Shown here: positions 54,229 to 63,343 of the stretch, piece by piece
Layout of the letters: every line of letters starts with the position of its first letter
How positions within the stretch are numbered: position 1 is the stretch's first letter
Assembly: GCA_002495885.1 (NCBI GenBank)
Contig: DAHG01000033.1
Span: 18,477 to 82,476 of the forward strand
Length of the DNA: 64,000 bases
Direction: 5' to 3'
Source: Methanocellaceae archaeon UBA148
GTDB lineage: Archaea; Halobacteriota; UBA148
Notes under the pieces: model-generated
What the model saw: the letters and a program-made list of their open reading frames with translations, nothing else
What the model was told of the DNA's origin: nothing
Database searches by the model: none
Program-made: the position numbers and the translations under genes

Positions 54229-55851
54229 TTGGAACTTGTTAAAATACCTGGTATAGGACCGAAAAAAGAAAAAGAGCTTAGTAGTATAGGAGTTTTCACG
54301 GTAGAGGACCTGGCGAAGCGAAGTTGTTGGGATGATCAGGGAGAGTCTTATTTTGGGCGTAACTGGTGGGGACGGTTGATTAGAGGGGCCAGGATGTCCA
54401 TAGGGTGGAACATTATAATGGACGTTGAAAAGATATCTCAGGATGAAATTATAATAGAAACAGACAAAACCTATTCTGATGAAGAATTGATAAAAAAATC
54501 AATTGCCAGCCTCCTACATTCGCACGATTACTGGTTCTTGACATCCATTGAGGGGAGGGTGAATTCGTACAAGGTCATCGTCTTACCAGTTGAAAACAGC
54601 AAGCATTATTTCATAAAATACATCGTACCAAATGCAGAATGCGTGCTAGAGCAGATAAGGAAAGGGAGAAGCAGTGAAGAGGCAAAAGACTTAACAGAAA
54701 AAGAAACTGCAAGAGATATGGAAGCCTCTCTAATGAACTATTTAAAAGGCTTACTCTCTAGGGAGCAGGAAGTCAAGAACTTCGCCAAGTCTATACAACT
54801 CAATTCTCTCTGTGAGTACTTTGAAGAGTATGGAGGGATGGCATCCGTAGATGTTTTATTGTCCTGGGCTCAGCTTTTCGGGATTGCAGACGTAGAGGTG
54901 CTGAAGCCTAATGGCGAGAAGTTGACTACTACTGGCTTTCACTTGGCATACTTCGGGGATGTTGGAACTGGGAAGACATATTCGAGCATCGATTTCGTTA
55001 TGGGGAACGAGAGAATTGGACTGGAACCCCATGGTATTCCTGGAAGATATAGATACTGTGGCGGTATAACTCCCTACATGTTTATTCACATGGGGCAGTA
55101 CTATGAAGGGGAAAAGATGGTATTCCTCGTTCCAGAGTTCAACGACTGGTTCTTTCATGAGAAAGGAATGGTCGAGAGGCTGAAGTTAGCGATGGAGCAA
55201 AAACCCCTGAAGTATGAGTCCGCTCACGAAACCATCGGACCGTATGTTTTTACCTCCTTCTTTAATGCGAACTATAACGTCAAGATAAAGAAGAAAGGGT
55301 ACAAACTCACTGTTTCAGATCCCAACTTTAACGCCATCGAAGACAGGTGCTTCTGTAGACTTCATAAGATGACGAAGCAAAGGTTTTTAGACATTATCGA
55401 TTCCATCGAAAAACATACACTGGGCACGCACAAGGAAATAAAGATCAGCCCGGAGCAGATAAGGGACCATGCAACCCTGATCTACTCGATAAATACAGGC
55501 ATAATCAAGGATTATAAGCCATCGAAAGTCCAGTTCTCAGAGGGGCAAATAAGCACCATCACGTCAGCGATCAGAATCTTCGCAGAGGAATATATGGGGG
55601 AGGATAAACTTATACATGCATCTCCGCGATCCGTCTATAAATGCCTCCAACTCGCATCTACATTGACATTGCCGTTTTACTTCACCGCCAAGGCCACAGA
55701 AACTCCCAGCCACCGTATACTCTTGGTCGATGATAGGGCATTAAACATGGCTGTTGAGGTCATGATTGAAGAGCTGACCGTGAGGATGCTAAAGGATTCC
55801 TCTCCAGAGGAAGTAAGAGAGAGCATTCTTCCGAGGTTATTCGATAGCTAG
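54229..55851 (+). CDS. Orphan HhH + AAA+ ATPase (MCM / Mg-chelatase / MoxR-like clade)
   Basis: N-terminal IPGIGPKKEKEL helix-hairpin-helix. Walker A GDVGTGKT. Walker-B-like FLVPEFNDW, with Pro where the Asp is expected. LKLAMEQKPLKY...FFNANYN resembles the MCM AMEQQ...AAANP block. IEDRCF is Arg-finger-like. Confidence 0.55.
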   Translation: MELVKIPGIGPKKEKELSSIGVFTVEDLAKRSCWDDQGESYFGRNWWGRLIRGARMSIGWNIIMDVEKISQDEIIIETDKTYSDEELIKKSIASLLHSHDYWFLTSIEGRVNSYKVIVLPVENSKHYFIKYIVPNAECVLEQIRKGRSSEEAKDLTEKETARDMEASLMNYLKGLLSREQEVKNFAKSIQLNSLCEYFEEYGGMASVDVLLSWAQLFGIADVEVLKPNGEKLTTTGFHLAYFGDVGTGKTYSSIDFVMGNERIGLEPHGIPGRYRYCGGITPYMFIHMGQYYEGEKMVFLVPEFNDWFFHEKGMVERLKLAMEQKPLKYESAHETIGPYVFTSFFNANYNVKIKKKGYKLTVSDPNFNAIEDRCFCRLHKMTKQRFLDIIDSIEKHTLGTHKEIKISPEQIRDHATLIYSINTGIIKDYKPSKVQFSEGQISTITSAIRIFAEEYMGEDKLIHASPRSVYKCLQLASTLTLPFYFTAKATETPSHRILLVDDRALNMAVEVMIEELTVRMLKDSSPEEVRESILPRLFDS

Positions 55852-56301
55852 CTCATCCAATACCATTTCCACCACTTTTGGCACCGCTTCATTCACTTTC
55901 GGTGTCAGCCCAACGGTGAGTTGGTTTGCTCTCTCAATTTCAACCCCTATGAGGAGGAGATCGTCCGGCATCGACATGACTTTTTCTCCGATCTTTAACA
56001 CGTCAACTAAGCCAAGCTCGTGCAATGAGAAGTGCATCGAAGCAGGATCTGGAAGGTCTTTGTAGGTGAACCTATGTATCTTACCAATCTCACCTCCTGA
56101 GCTCAGGGCATCGATGATGATTACCTTGTCGACATGCTCCATAAAACTGAGAATGTCAAGACCGCCAGTACCAGCATCTATCAGCTCCACATGGATTGGC
56201 GGGTCTTTACCCCTAAGCTTCTCTAAAATGTAGATTCCAACCCCATCATCACCCATCAAGGGATTCCCACAGCATAAGACAACGGTTCTCAGAAGTCTCA
56301 C
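55837..56301 (-). CDS. Hydrogenase maturation endopeptidase
   Basis: VLCCGNPLMGDDGVG and DA...GG motifs. ~154 aa. Confidence 0.8.
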   Translation of the reverse strand: MRLLRTVVLCCGNPLMGDDGVGIYILEKLRGKDPPIHVELIDAGTGGLDILSFMEHVDKVIIIDALSSGGEIGKIHRFTYKDLPDPASMHFSLHELGLVDVLKIGEKVMSMPDDLLLIGVEIERANQLTVGLTPKVNEAVPKVVEMVLDELAIE

Positions 56302-57336
56302 CTAGCAGACCCTTGGAATTGGTTCCCCCAGAGGCGTTTCAACGTATCTCTTTCCACCAAGTCCTGTTTCCAATACTACCTTTTTCTTGTGCCCTTCAAT
56401 GGCTTCCCCTATTATTCTCGCTTCTTGACCATATTTTGTCTTTTGGATAGCCTCTAGAACGAGATCGGCATTATCTGGCTTCACACCGATTATAGCTTTG
56501 CCTTCATTCGCCACCTCTAAAGGATCAATTCCAAGCATCTCCGATGCTGCCCGAACGGCGTCTTTCAAGGGAATTTGATCCTCCTTAATTAGTATCCCAA
56601 CGCAGCTTTTCTTTGCCATCTCATTTAAAGTAGAAGCTAACCCACCCCTTGTGGGATCTTTCATCGCAGTGACTCCTCCAACATCCAATGCTGCCTTGAT
56701 CGTACCCCACAATGGCGCTGCATCAGACTCCAGCTCAGTCTCAAAGGAAAAACCCTCTCTGAACGCCAAGAGCGATATGCCATGGTCGCCGATCGTTCCC
56801 GTGACGATAATCTTATCGCCAATATTTAGACCGGAATCACGTATCAGTTCATTGGCAACCCCGATACCTGAGGTGTTGAGTACCAAATTGTCCAATGCAC
56901 CCTTTTCCATGACCTTGGTATCGCCAGTGATGATCGCTACATCTGCCTCATTGGCAATTTCATCCATGGACCGGACGATCCGTTCCAGTTTTGCAATAGA
57001 GAAGCCTTCCTCTACGATAATGCTACTGGTTAAAGCAATGGGACGGGCACCCATGACTGCCAGATCATTTATGGTTCCACAAACTGCAATTTTACCGATA
57101 TCACCGCCCGGAAAGAACAGCGGTTTGACGACATGGCTGTCTGTGGTGAGCACAACCTCCCTATCACCTATGAAAACGGTTGAGCCGTCATCAAGATCAG
57201 ATAAGCCAACGCTGCCAACACTGCGAGGCGATATGTTCTTGAGTATTCTGGAGATCAACTCCTGCATGAGTACCCCCCCAGCACCATGCGCAAGAGTGAT
57301 GGTTTTTTCAGAGAGGTCTGCTTCACCTGCATACAT
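56302..57336 (-). CDS. hypE: Hydrogenase maturation protein HypE
   Basis: LAHGAGG, AIR-synthase-like fold and C-terminal ...PRVC. Confidence 0.9.
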   Translation of the reverse strand: MYAGEADLSEKTITLAHGAGGVLMQELISRILKNISPRSVGSVGLSDLDDGSTVFIGDREVVLTTDSHVVKPLFFPGGDIGKIAVCGTINDLAVMGARPIALTSSIIVEEGFSIAKLERIVRSMDEIANEADVAIITGDTKVMEKGALDNLVLNTSGIGVANELIRDSGLNIGDKIIVTGTIGDHGISLLAFREGFSFETELESDAAPLWGTIKAALDVGGVTAMKDPTRGGLASTLNEMAKKSCVGILIKEDQIPLKDAVRAASEMLGIDPLEVANEGKAIIGVKPDNADLVLEAIQKTKYGQEARIIGEAIEGHKKKVVLETGLGGKRYVETPLGEPIPRVC

Positions 57337-58000
57337 TCATACTCGCCTCAATGAACTCAATCCAACCGTCGATGCTTTCTCCAACCTTCTTGCTCGTTTT
57401 CAGGACCTTGATGGATGGATTTAACCTGAGGGCATCAGAGACCATCTTATCTGCATCCGCTCCTACAGCATCAGAGATGTCCACCTTGTTCACGATCGCT
57501 AAGTCGCAAGTCTTGAATATCATCGGATGTTTTTCCACTATGTCGTCGCCTTCGCTGACGCTGACGATAACGACCCTTTTGGACTCTCCAAGCGAATAGT
57601 CCGCGGGACAGATCAGGTTGCCAACGTTCTCTATTAACAAAATGTCCAAATCCTCCAATGGCAACTGATCCAAAGCATTTTTAACTAAAAGAGCGTCCAG
57701 ATGGCACTCTTTCCCGGTGTTCATAGCGATGACAGGCACATCGTATCGCTTAAAACGGTTGGCATCAATGTCTGCCACGATGTCCCCTGCAATCACGCCT
57801 ATACGATACCTTCCGCCGAGCCTCTCGATCGCCAATTCTATCAATGTCGTTTTTCCCGAACCTATCGCGCCCATGATGTTAAAAGCAATAATGCCAAAAC
57901 CATTTAATAAATGATGATTTCGCAAGGCGAGTTCTTCGTTTGCCTCTAAAACATCATGTCCCACTTCAACTTCGATCTCACACATAATCATCCAATTCAA
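57323..58000 (-). CDS. hypB: Hydrogenase nickel incorporation GTPase HypB
   Basis: GAIGSGKTTL P-loop, ENVGNLICP and NKVD motifs. Confidence 0.85.
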   Translation of the reverse strand: MNWMIMCEIEVEVGHDVLEANEELALRNHHLLNGFGIIAFNIMGAIGSGKTTLIELAIERLGGRYRIGVIAGDIVADIDANRFKRYDVPVIAMNTGKECHLDALLVKNALDQLPLEDLDILLIENVGNLICPADYSLGESKRVVIVSVSEGDDIVEKHPMIFKTCDLAIVNKVDISDAVGADADKMVSDALRLNPSIKVLKTSKKVGESIDGWIEFIEASMNVCR

Positions 58001-58361
58001 TTTTGATGTTTCTAACGTTTATCTCTTTGCCCGAAATTATAGTTGGAACGGGATTTCCACATTCCGGACAGGCTAGATTAAATGCCAAATCAGATATCAT
58101 GAGAGGCCTATCAGTAGCCAAAACACCTTCATAACCACAATTGCATTTTATCTTAGAGGGGGTGTTCACAATATTCAGCTTGGCATCCTCCATCAGGCTC
58201 CCCTTGGCCAGAATTTCAAGGCAAAAGATCAGTTGATCCGGATTTATATGGGTTAGCTCGCCCAAATCTATATCTACCGAAGTTACTTTTTTAGCAGAAT
58301 TATTCCCAGCTGTTTTCAAGACAACCTCATATAGTTCCATCGCTACGCTGTACTCGTGCAT
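57978..58361 (-). CDS. hypA: Hydrogenase nickel incorporation protein HypA
   Basis: MHEYSVA N-terminus and a CNCG...CPECG zinc site. Confidence 0.85.
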   Translation of the reverse strand: MHEYSVAMELYEVVLKTAGNNSAKKVTSVDIDLGELTHINPDQLIFCLEILAKGSLMEDAKLNIVNTPSKIKCNCGYEGVLATDRPLMISDLAFNLACPECGNPVPTIISGKEINVRNIKIELDDYV

Positions 58362-58378
58362 TCTTATACGATCCTGCC

Positions 58379-58660
58379 TTATCCAAGACCTTTTTTCCCA
58401 AATGCAAGTTGCTCAGCCATGATATCCTTTTCCACCGCATCAGCGTACTCACGAAATAATCCAAGGGTCTCCTCACCCTGTTCAGGTGACATGATCTGGA
58501 TAACATAGCCGACATGCACCAATGCATAATGACCCAAATAGCTCTTATCTATGTCAACAAGGTCCAACCTCACTTCCTGTTTGAGCCCCCCAAAATCAAC
58601 TATTGCGACCTTTTGGATATCATCAATCTTCACAATTTTTCCTGGAATTGCAAGGCACAT
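58379..58660 (-). CDS. hypC: Hydrogenase assembly chaperone HypC
   Basis: MCLAIPGKIV N-terminus. Confidence 0.85.
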   Translation of the reverse strand: MCLAIPGKIVKIDDIQKVAIVDFGGLKQEVRLDLVDIDKSYLGHYALVHVGYVIQIMSPEQGEETLGLFREYADAVEKDIMAEQLAFGKKGLG

Positions 58661-59085
58661 TGCATGACCTCAATTAATTAATTGAATAAGTGTTTATTTT
58701 ATTTAGTTAGTTAATAAACAATACTATTGATGAATAGAATCGGTTAAATTAAGGAAAAGTTAATACATCAATTCCCATTCTGTTGAACACACTAAGGTGT
58801 ATGTGAATTATATTGAGGCATAGCTAAAGGTCAATAATTAATCCCAAATTTGAGGGATTGGTGTCCAGATCATCTATGGGCCCCCAGTTGCTATCATGAT
58901 TCAGTAGGTCATGGATAGAAAGTCATAGAAAAACGGATATCAACTCAGAACTATTCAAATAAAAAGAGAAGTATGTAAGGTAAAAACGCTAACAAGCCAT
59001 GTACTTAAGTACGGGGTGTAGTGACTATCTGCTTGAAGAAGAAACCTGGGGGATTCGTAATAATGAATAGATTAAGGTGACATAA

Positions 59086-59416
59086 ATGGATTTAGAGGTA
59101 ATATTAGCATATGTTGGAGGGGTTCTAATCGTAAATGGTATATCATTAATACCATCGATCCAAGGGGCAATTAAAGAAAAGCACTTCACGCTAAGAGATA
59201 GAAGTGTGTTAAATGCTCTTTTAATTGCTGGGAATGGTAATGGTAGTGGTGAATCCAAATGCGATAGTATTTTTTATTGGAGCGATATTGATAATAATAG
59301 GATTCTTATCTGTTGGGTTGACGGTTAACAGAAGTATTGATTCCTTCCCAAGTTTAGTGATTCTAATCATATTAGTTGTAGTAATTCTAATACAAATGTT
59401 GACAGGAGCTATTTAA
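59086..59416 (+). pseudogene. Possible small 3-TM membrane protein split by a +1 frameshift near a GGTAAT/GGTAGT repeat (59233-59250)
   Basis: ORF 59086-59328 starts with a TM helix. The hydrophobic, coding-like continuation (MVMVVVNPNAIVFFIGAILIIIGFLSVGL...) is in the next frame. Two separate small genes remain possible. Confidence 0.3.
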
Positions 59417-59440
59417 TTCAGATGAAATATTCAACATGAA

Positions 59441-59565
59441 TTCCCTGCGAAAGCGCCCAGATCAGGAAGGTTGGCGTAAGCCAAGGGTCCCCGGCGGGGG
59501 CTCCAGGGCGGACCCAGATGCCCCAGAATTTATTCTTGGGGTGACACAGTTGGGGCTTAAAAGCA
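59441..59565 (+). ncRNA. Candidate structured RNA / GC-rich element of unknown class
   Basis: Locally G+C-rich intergenic stretch with hairpins readable by eye: TGC-GAAA-GCG (59446-59455), TTGGC-GTAA-GCCAA (59471-59484), GGGTCC/GGACCC (59485-59490 / 59510-59515) and CCCCAGAAT...ATTCTTGGGG (59521-59541). The GNRA loops occur only on the + strand. Confidence 0.25.
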
Positions 59566-59791
59566 CGTAATATAAAATGAAAATACCAACAAGAAAGAAA
59601 GAGTACCTTTTGCTAGTTATACCTCGACTTCTATCGCTCCATCCTCCATTAAAGGCGTGTATAACAGCGATCAAGCGGTTCTTTTTCTTGCAAAAGATTC
59701 CACCCTTCGTCAACTTCATATATCCACAAAACGTTAAATGAAACTGCTTCACATCTCTTTGTAACATGGGGATGTTAGGTTGACAGGTTCG

Positions 59792-62095
59792 ATGACCATT
59801 AGCAAAAAAATTCACATTTATGGGATTGTTCAAGGTGTGGGATTTCGCCCTTTTGTGTATAGAATCGCCCATGAACATGGATTGAGAGGATACGTACTTA
59901 ATTTCGGAAACGGCGTTGAGATCTGGGTCGAAGGTGACGATAAAAAGATAGACGAATTTCTTCACGACCTGAACACGGGGATTCCCCCCCTTTCAAAAAT
60001 CGACAAGATGGTCATTGAAAAGGCACCTGAGAAGGGTTTTGAGGATTTCACAATAAAAAAGAGCAAAAAAAGTAGCAGTATCAAATCTTCAATAATTCCC
60101 CCTGATGTCGACATTTGCGATAATTGCCTTAGCGAGATGTTCAATCCGAGTGACCGCAGATATCATTACCCTTTCACCGTTTGCATGGACTGCGGCCCCA
60201 GATATACCACCATCTCTTGTTTGCCCTATGACAGGCAAAATACGACGATGGTCGATTTTCCTCTTTGTAAAAAATGCAATGAAGAATATACAGCCCCTGT
60301 AAATAGGAGGCATCATGCACAATCGATATGTTGCAGTGATTGCGGTCCGAGGATAATGCTATATGATGATAAAAGAGAGTTAGTCTTGGAAGACCATAGT
60401 AACGAAGCCATCCTCAAAACTGCAAAACTTCTGGATAATGGGAGTATCCTTGCAATAAAAGGAATCGGTGGAGTGCATATAGCTGCAAAAGCCACGGATG
60501 ATGAGCCATTACTACGTCTAAGGAAAAATCTTGGGAGGCTTGAGCAGCCTTTTGCAGTCATGACCAGAGATGTGGAAACTGCAAGGAATTTCACCTTGAT
60601 AAATCCCATCGAAGAAGGACTTCTGACCAGCTACAGAAAGCCGATAGTAGTTTTAGAAAAGAGCGAGGGATATCATCTTTCCCAATATGTCGCCCCTAAG
60701 CTACACAACATCGCCGTTTTTTTGCCCTATGCAGGCCTGCATCATCTGCTATTCAGAACGCTCGAGGAGCCGACATGTGTGATGACCAGTGCAAACCTGC
60801 CTGGTAGGCCGATGATAACGAGCAATGCAGAGGCTTTTGAGAAATTGGATGGGATCGTAGATTACTACTTGCTTCACAACAGAAGGATAACAAACCGAGC
60901 CGATGACTCCGTTGTTAGAATGATAGGAGATAAAACGAGTTTCATCAGGAGGTCAAGGGGATATGTTCCAGAGCCTATCACCATGCCTTTTACCTTTGAG
61001 ACAGATACGCTGGGTGTCGGCCCTGAAATAAATAACACAGTGACTGTCTTGAGGGGGGATCAAGCATATGTATCTCAGTATATCGGAGATACAAAAAAGA
61101 TAGAGACGCTGCGATACCACAATGAAGTTGTAGATCATCTAAAACAATTGACAGGAATAAATCCACTTATATGGGGTTGCGACCTGCACCCTAGTTTTAA
61201 TACAACTCACTATGCCATGGAAAATGCAGAAAAAACGATAAAGGTGCAACATCATTATGCACATCTGGTCTCACTCATGGCCGATGCCATGCTTCCCAGA
61301 GAGGTAAGGATCATAGGAATCGCTGCCGACGGAGCCGGTTATGGAACAGATGGGACTATCTGGGGAGGAGAAATCCTGGAAGTCAGTTATGATAATTTCA
61401 GGCGATGTGCGAGCCTGGAAACCCAACCAATGCCAGGCGGAGACGCTGCTGCATATTATCCCTCACGCATGGTTCTTGGAATCCTGAGCAAAGTCTTGAG
61501 CGATAATGAATTGGCGAAGATGAAACTGCGATTTAAACATTACAAAGAGAGAGAAATTGTCATCGAGCAACTAAGGCGGAATATCAATGTAATACCCACA
61601 ACAAGCACTGGCAGAGTACTGGATGCGATATCCTCGCTTCTGGGTATAGCACACCATAGGAGCTATGAGGGGGAGCCTGCAATGAAATTGGAAAGCATAG
61701 CCAGAAAGGGTAAGAGTGTGGAAATACCCTTGAGATTCAAGACAGAACGACTGGGGTCTGAAAATAGAGTGGTGCTCGATACGACCCAAATCGTATTGAA
61801 TATTTACGAAAACTTAGAGGCCCATTCTAGGTCTGATCTTGCATTTTCTGCAGAGGATGCCATTGCAACTGGCCTAGCAGAACTTGCCGTAAATGCTGCT
61901 GAAAAAAGGGGTATTGGAACGATCGGCCTCAGTGGAGGTGTTGCATATAACGAACACATAACCATCAGAGCAAAAGAAATTGTGGAGGCGAAGGACTTCA
62001 CGTTCATCAGACAAGACAAGATACCAACCGGAGATGGGGGGGTATCCTTGGGACAAGCGATTATAGCCAGCTTGGTGGATGATAATAAGAGTTGA
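59792..62095 (+). CDS. hypF: Carbamoyltransferase HypF
   Basis: Acylphosphatase N-terminus (IYGIVQGVGFRPF), two CxxC zinc-finger pairs, YrdC-like and Kae1-like domains. I prefer the ATG at 59792. Confidence 0.9.
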   Translation: MTISKKIHIYGIVQGVGFRPFVYRIAHEHGLRGYVLNFGNGVEIWVEGDDKKIDEFLHDLNTGIPPLSKIDKMVIEKAPEKGFEDFTIKKSKKSSSIKSSIIPPDVDICDNCLSEMFNPSDRRYHYPFTVCMDCGPRYTTISCLPYDRQNTTMVDFPLCKKCNEEYTAPVNRRHHAQSICCSDCGPRIMLYDDKRELVLEDHSNEAILKTAKLLDNGSILAIKGIGGVHIAAKATDDEPLLRLRKNLGRLEQPFAVMTRDVETARNFTLINPIEEGLLTSYRKPIVVLEKSEGYHLSQYVAPKLHNIAVFLPYAGLHHLLFRTLEEPTCVMTSANLPGRPMITSNAEAFEKLDGIVDYYLLHNRRITNRADDSVVRMIGDKTSFIRRSRGYVPEPITMPFTFETDTLGVGPEINNTVTVLRGDQAYVSQYIGDTKKIETLRYHNEVVDHLKQLTGINPLIWGCDLHPSFNTTHYAMENAEKTIKVQHHYAHLVSLMADAMLPREVRIIGIAADGAGYGTDGTIWGGEILEVSYDNFRRCASLETQPMPGGDAAAYYPSRMVLGILSKVLSDNELAKMKLRFKHYKEREIVIEQLRRNINVIPTTSTGRVLDAISSLLGIAHHRSYEGEPAMKLESIARKGKSVEIPLRFKTERLGSENRVVLDTTQIVLNIYENLEAHSRSDLAFSAEDAIATGLAELAVNAAEKRGIGTIGLSGGVAYNEHITIRAKEIVEAKDFTFIRQDKIPTGDGGVSLGQAIIASLVDDNKS

Positions 62096-62396
62096 TACCT
62101 ACGCTGATATTTTTAAAATTATCAATTAAATTGTTCCCTAACTAAACCAAGATCTAAAAAGGTTCTCTGTTGGTATGTGTTTATGAAATCATCTAGTTAT
62201 CTTGTATATCTTTTTAAACACTCATTTATATTCACACGGATTCTTTTTTTATTCTCGTTCACATGGCTAAAATAATATAATTGAAGGTGAAACCATGACA
62301 AAGGTAAGTAGGTACAAGGACGAAAAACGCTGGAGATAATGGGATATGAAAGTTTTATATCCTGTGTGGGACAATATAAATAAAACAAGAACTACT

Positions 62397-62744
62397 ATGA
62401 AGATGGGAAGGCGCAAGTTTCTCAAGTCCATCGCATTTGCAGGAGCTATGGCAGCTATGGGTTTTTCAGGATGCATATCGTCTCCTGAGCCTACGCCAAC
62501 TCCCACACCTGCACCTACACCGAAACCGCTGGCATCCGAGCCGACACAGACAACTAAAACATTTTTTGATGTGGGTACAGAACTTAAACAGTGTCCGTGG
62601 TGTGGCGTCATGATGTACCTCCGAGACCACTATGGTGAACTGTTTTGGGTCTGTCCAAATGATGACTGTGGATATATTGAAAAAGTAACTGAGCCAGACA
62701 TTTTGAAAAAGTATGGGTATACTGACCAACTCAAATCAATTTAA
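62397..62744 (+). CDS. Tat-signal lipoprotein with a Pro/Thr linker and a C-terminal zinc ribbon
   Basis: MKMGRRKFLKSIAFAGAMAAMGFSGC (twin-Arg plus lipobox-like Cys), PEPTPTPTPAPTPKP, then CPWCG...CPNDDCG. Confidence 0.6.
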   Translation: MKMGRRKFLKSIAFAGAMAAMGFSGCISSPEPTPTPTPAPTPKPLASEPTQTTKTFFDVGTELKQCPWCGVMMYLRDHYGELFWVCPNDDCGYIEKVTEPDILKKYGYTDQLKSI

Positions 62745-63012
62745 AGTTGCTAATGAAAGCAACCCCCTGTTAACCAATACCAGACCACGCCGCTACTTCA
62801 TGTCGAGAAGTTGGTGTTGATAAATGTATTTCTACAGGCATATAATCGATGATGTCATGTCACCATTTTTTAGAGAGTGATCGGGATGAAGATTTTCTCA
62901 CCATCTTTCCCGGAGATTTTAGAAGGGATAAGATATTTATCTATACCATATACCAGAATGTAGCATGATTTATGACTGATCTTGAAGCTATTTTATCTTT
63001 TCAGTCAATTTT

Positions 63013-63053
63013 GCTTCAAAAATCTTATAATCGGCTTCAAAAGTCTTATAATC
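63013..63053. repeat. Tandem 20-nt direct repeat (GCTTCAAAAATCTTATAATC / GCTTCAAAAGTCTTATAATC)
   Basis: Copies at 63013-63032 and 63034-63053 with 1 mismatch. Intergenic. Confidence 0.7.
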
Positions 63054-63343
63054 ACTTAGATTCTCAACCAGAAAATAAAACAAAAAAAAATTGAAATCAC
63101 ATGTCTAAAGAGAAAATTATTGACGATTGGAATTTAAACATTTGATATTAGCATCTGAGTGTTTAGCATCAAATCAAAGCTTCCACAAAGGAAGGATATA
63201 AAGAAAAGATAAATAAGAAATAAGTTCATATCGATGCGATGAAGTAGGGCAATAGACTGGCTGAATCAAACCATAATTTTCAGAAGGGTCTTTTGTTGAA
63301 AAGCAAGTGCGATAGCGATAAAAAAATAGAGGGAGTAACATAG

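Noticed and set aside
59441-59565. Identification of the GC-rich element as SRP RNA or RNase P RNA.
   Set aside because: It is far too short; archaeal SRP RNA is about 300 nt. It lacks the helix-8 GGAA/AGCA pattern and the RNase P GAGGAAAGUCC-type conserved regions. Only superficial similarity exists (CAGGAAGG, GCCAAGG).
59462-59965. 167-aa minus-strand ORF spanning the GC-rich element and the hypF 5' end.
   Set aside because: It is antisense to the conserved HypF acylphosphatase N-terminus, and it ends in an Arg/Gly/Pro-rich tail produced by the GC-rich element. No motifs are present.
62267-62611. ORFs with GVGAGVGVGVG-type repeats (62267-62611 and 63280-63549, minus strand).
   Set aside because: They are the reverse complements of the Pro/Thr linkers of the two lipoprotein genes.
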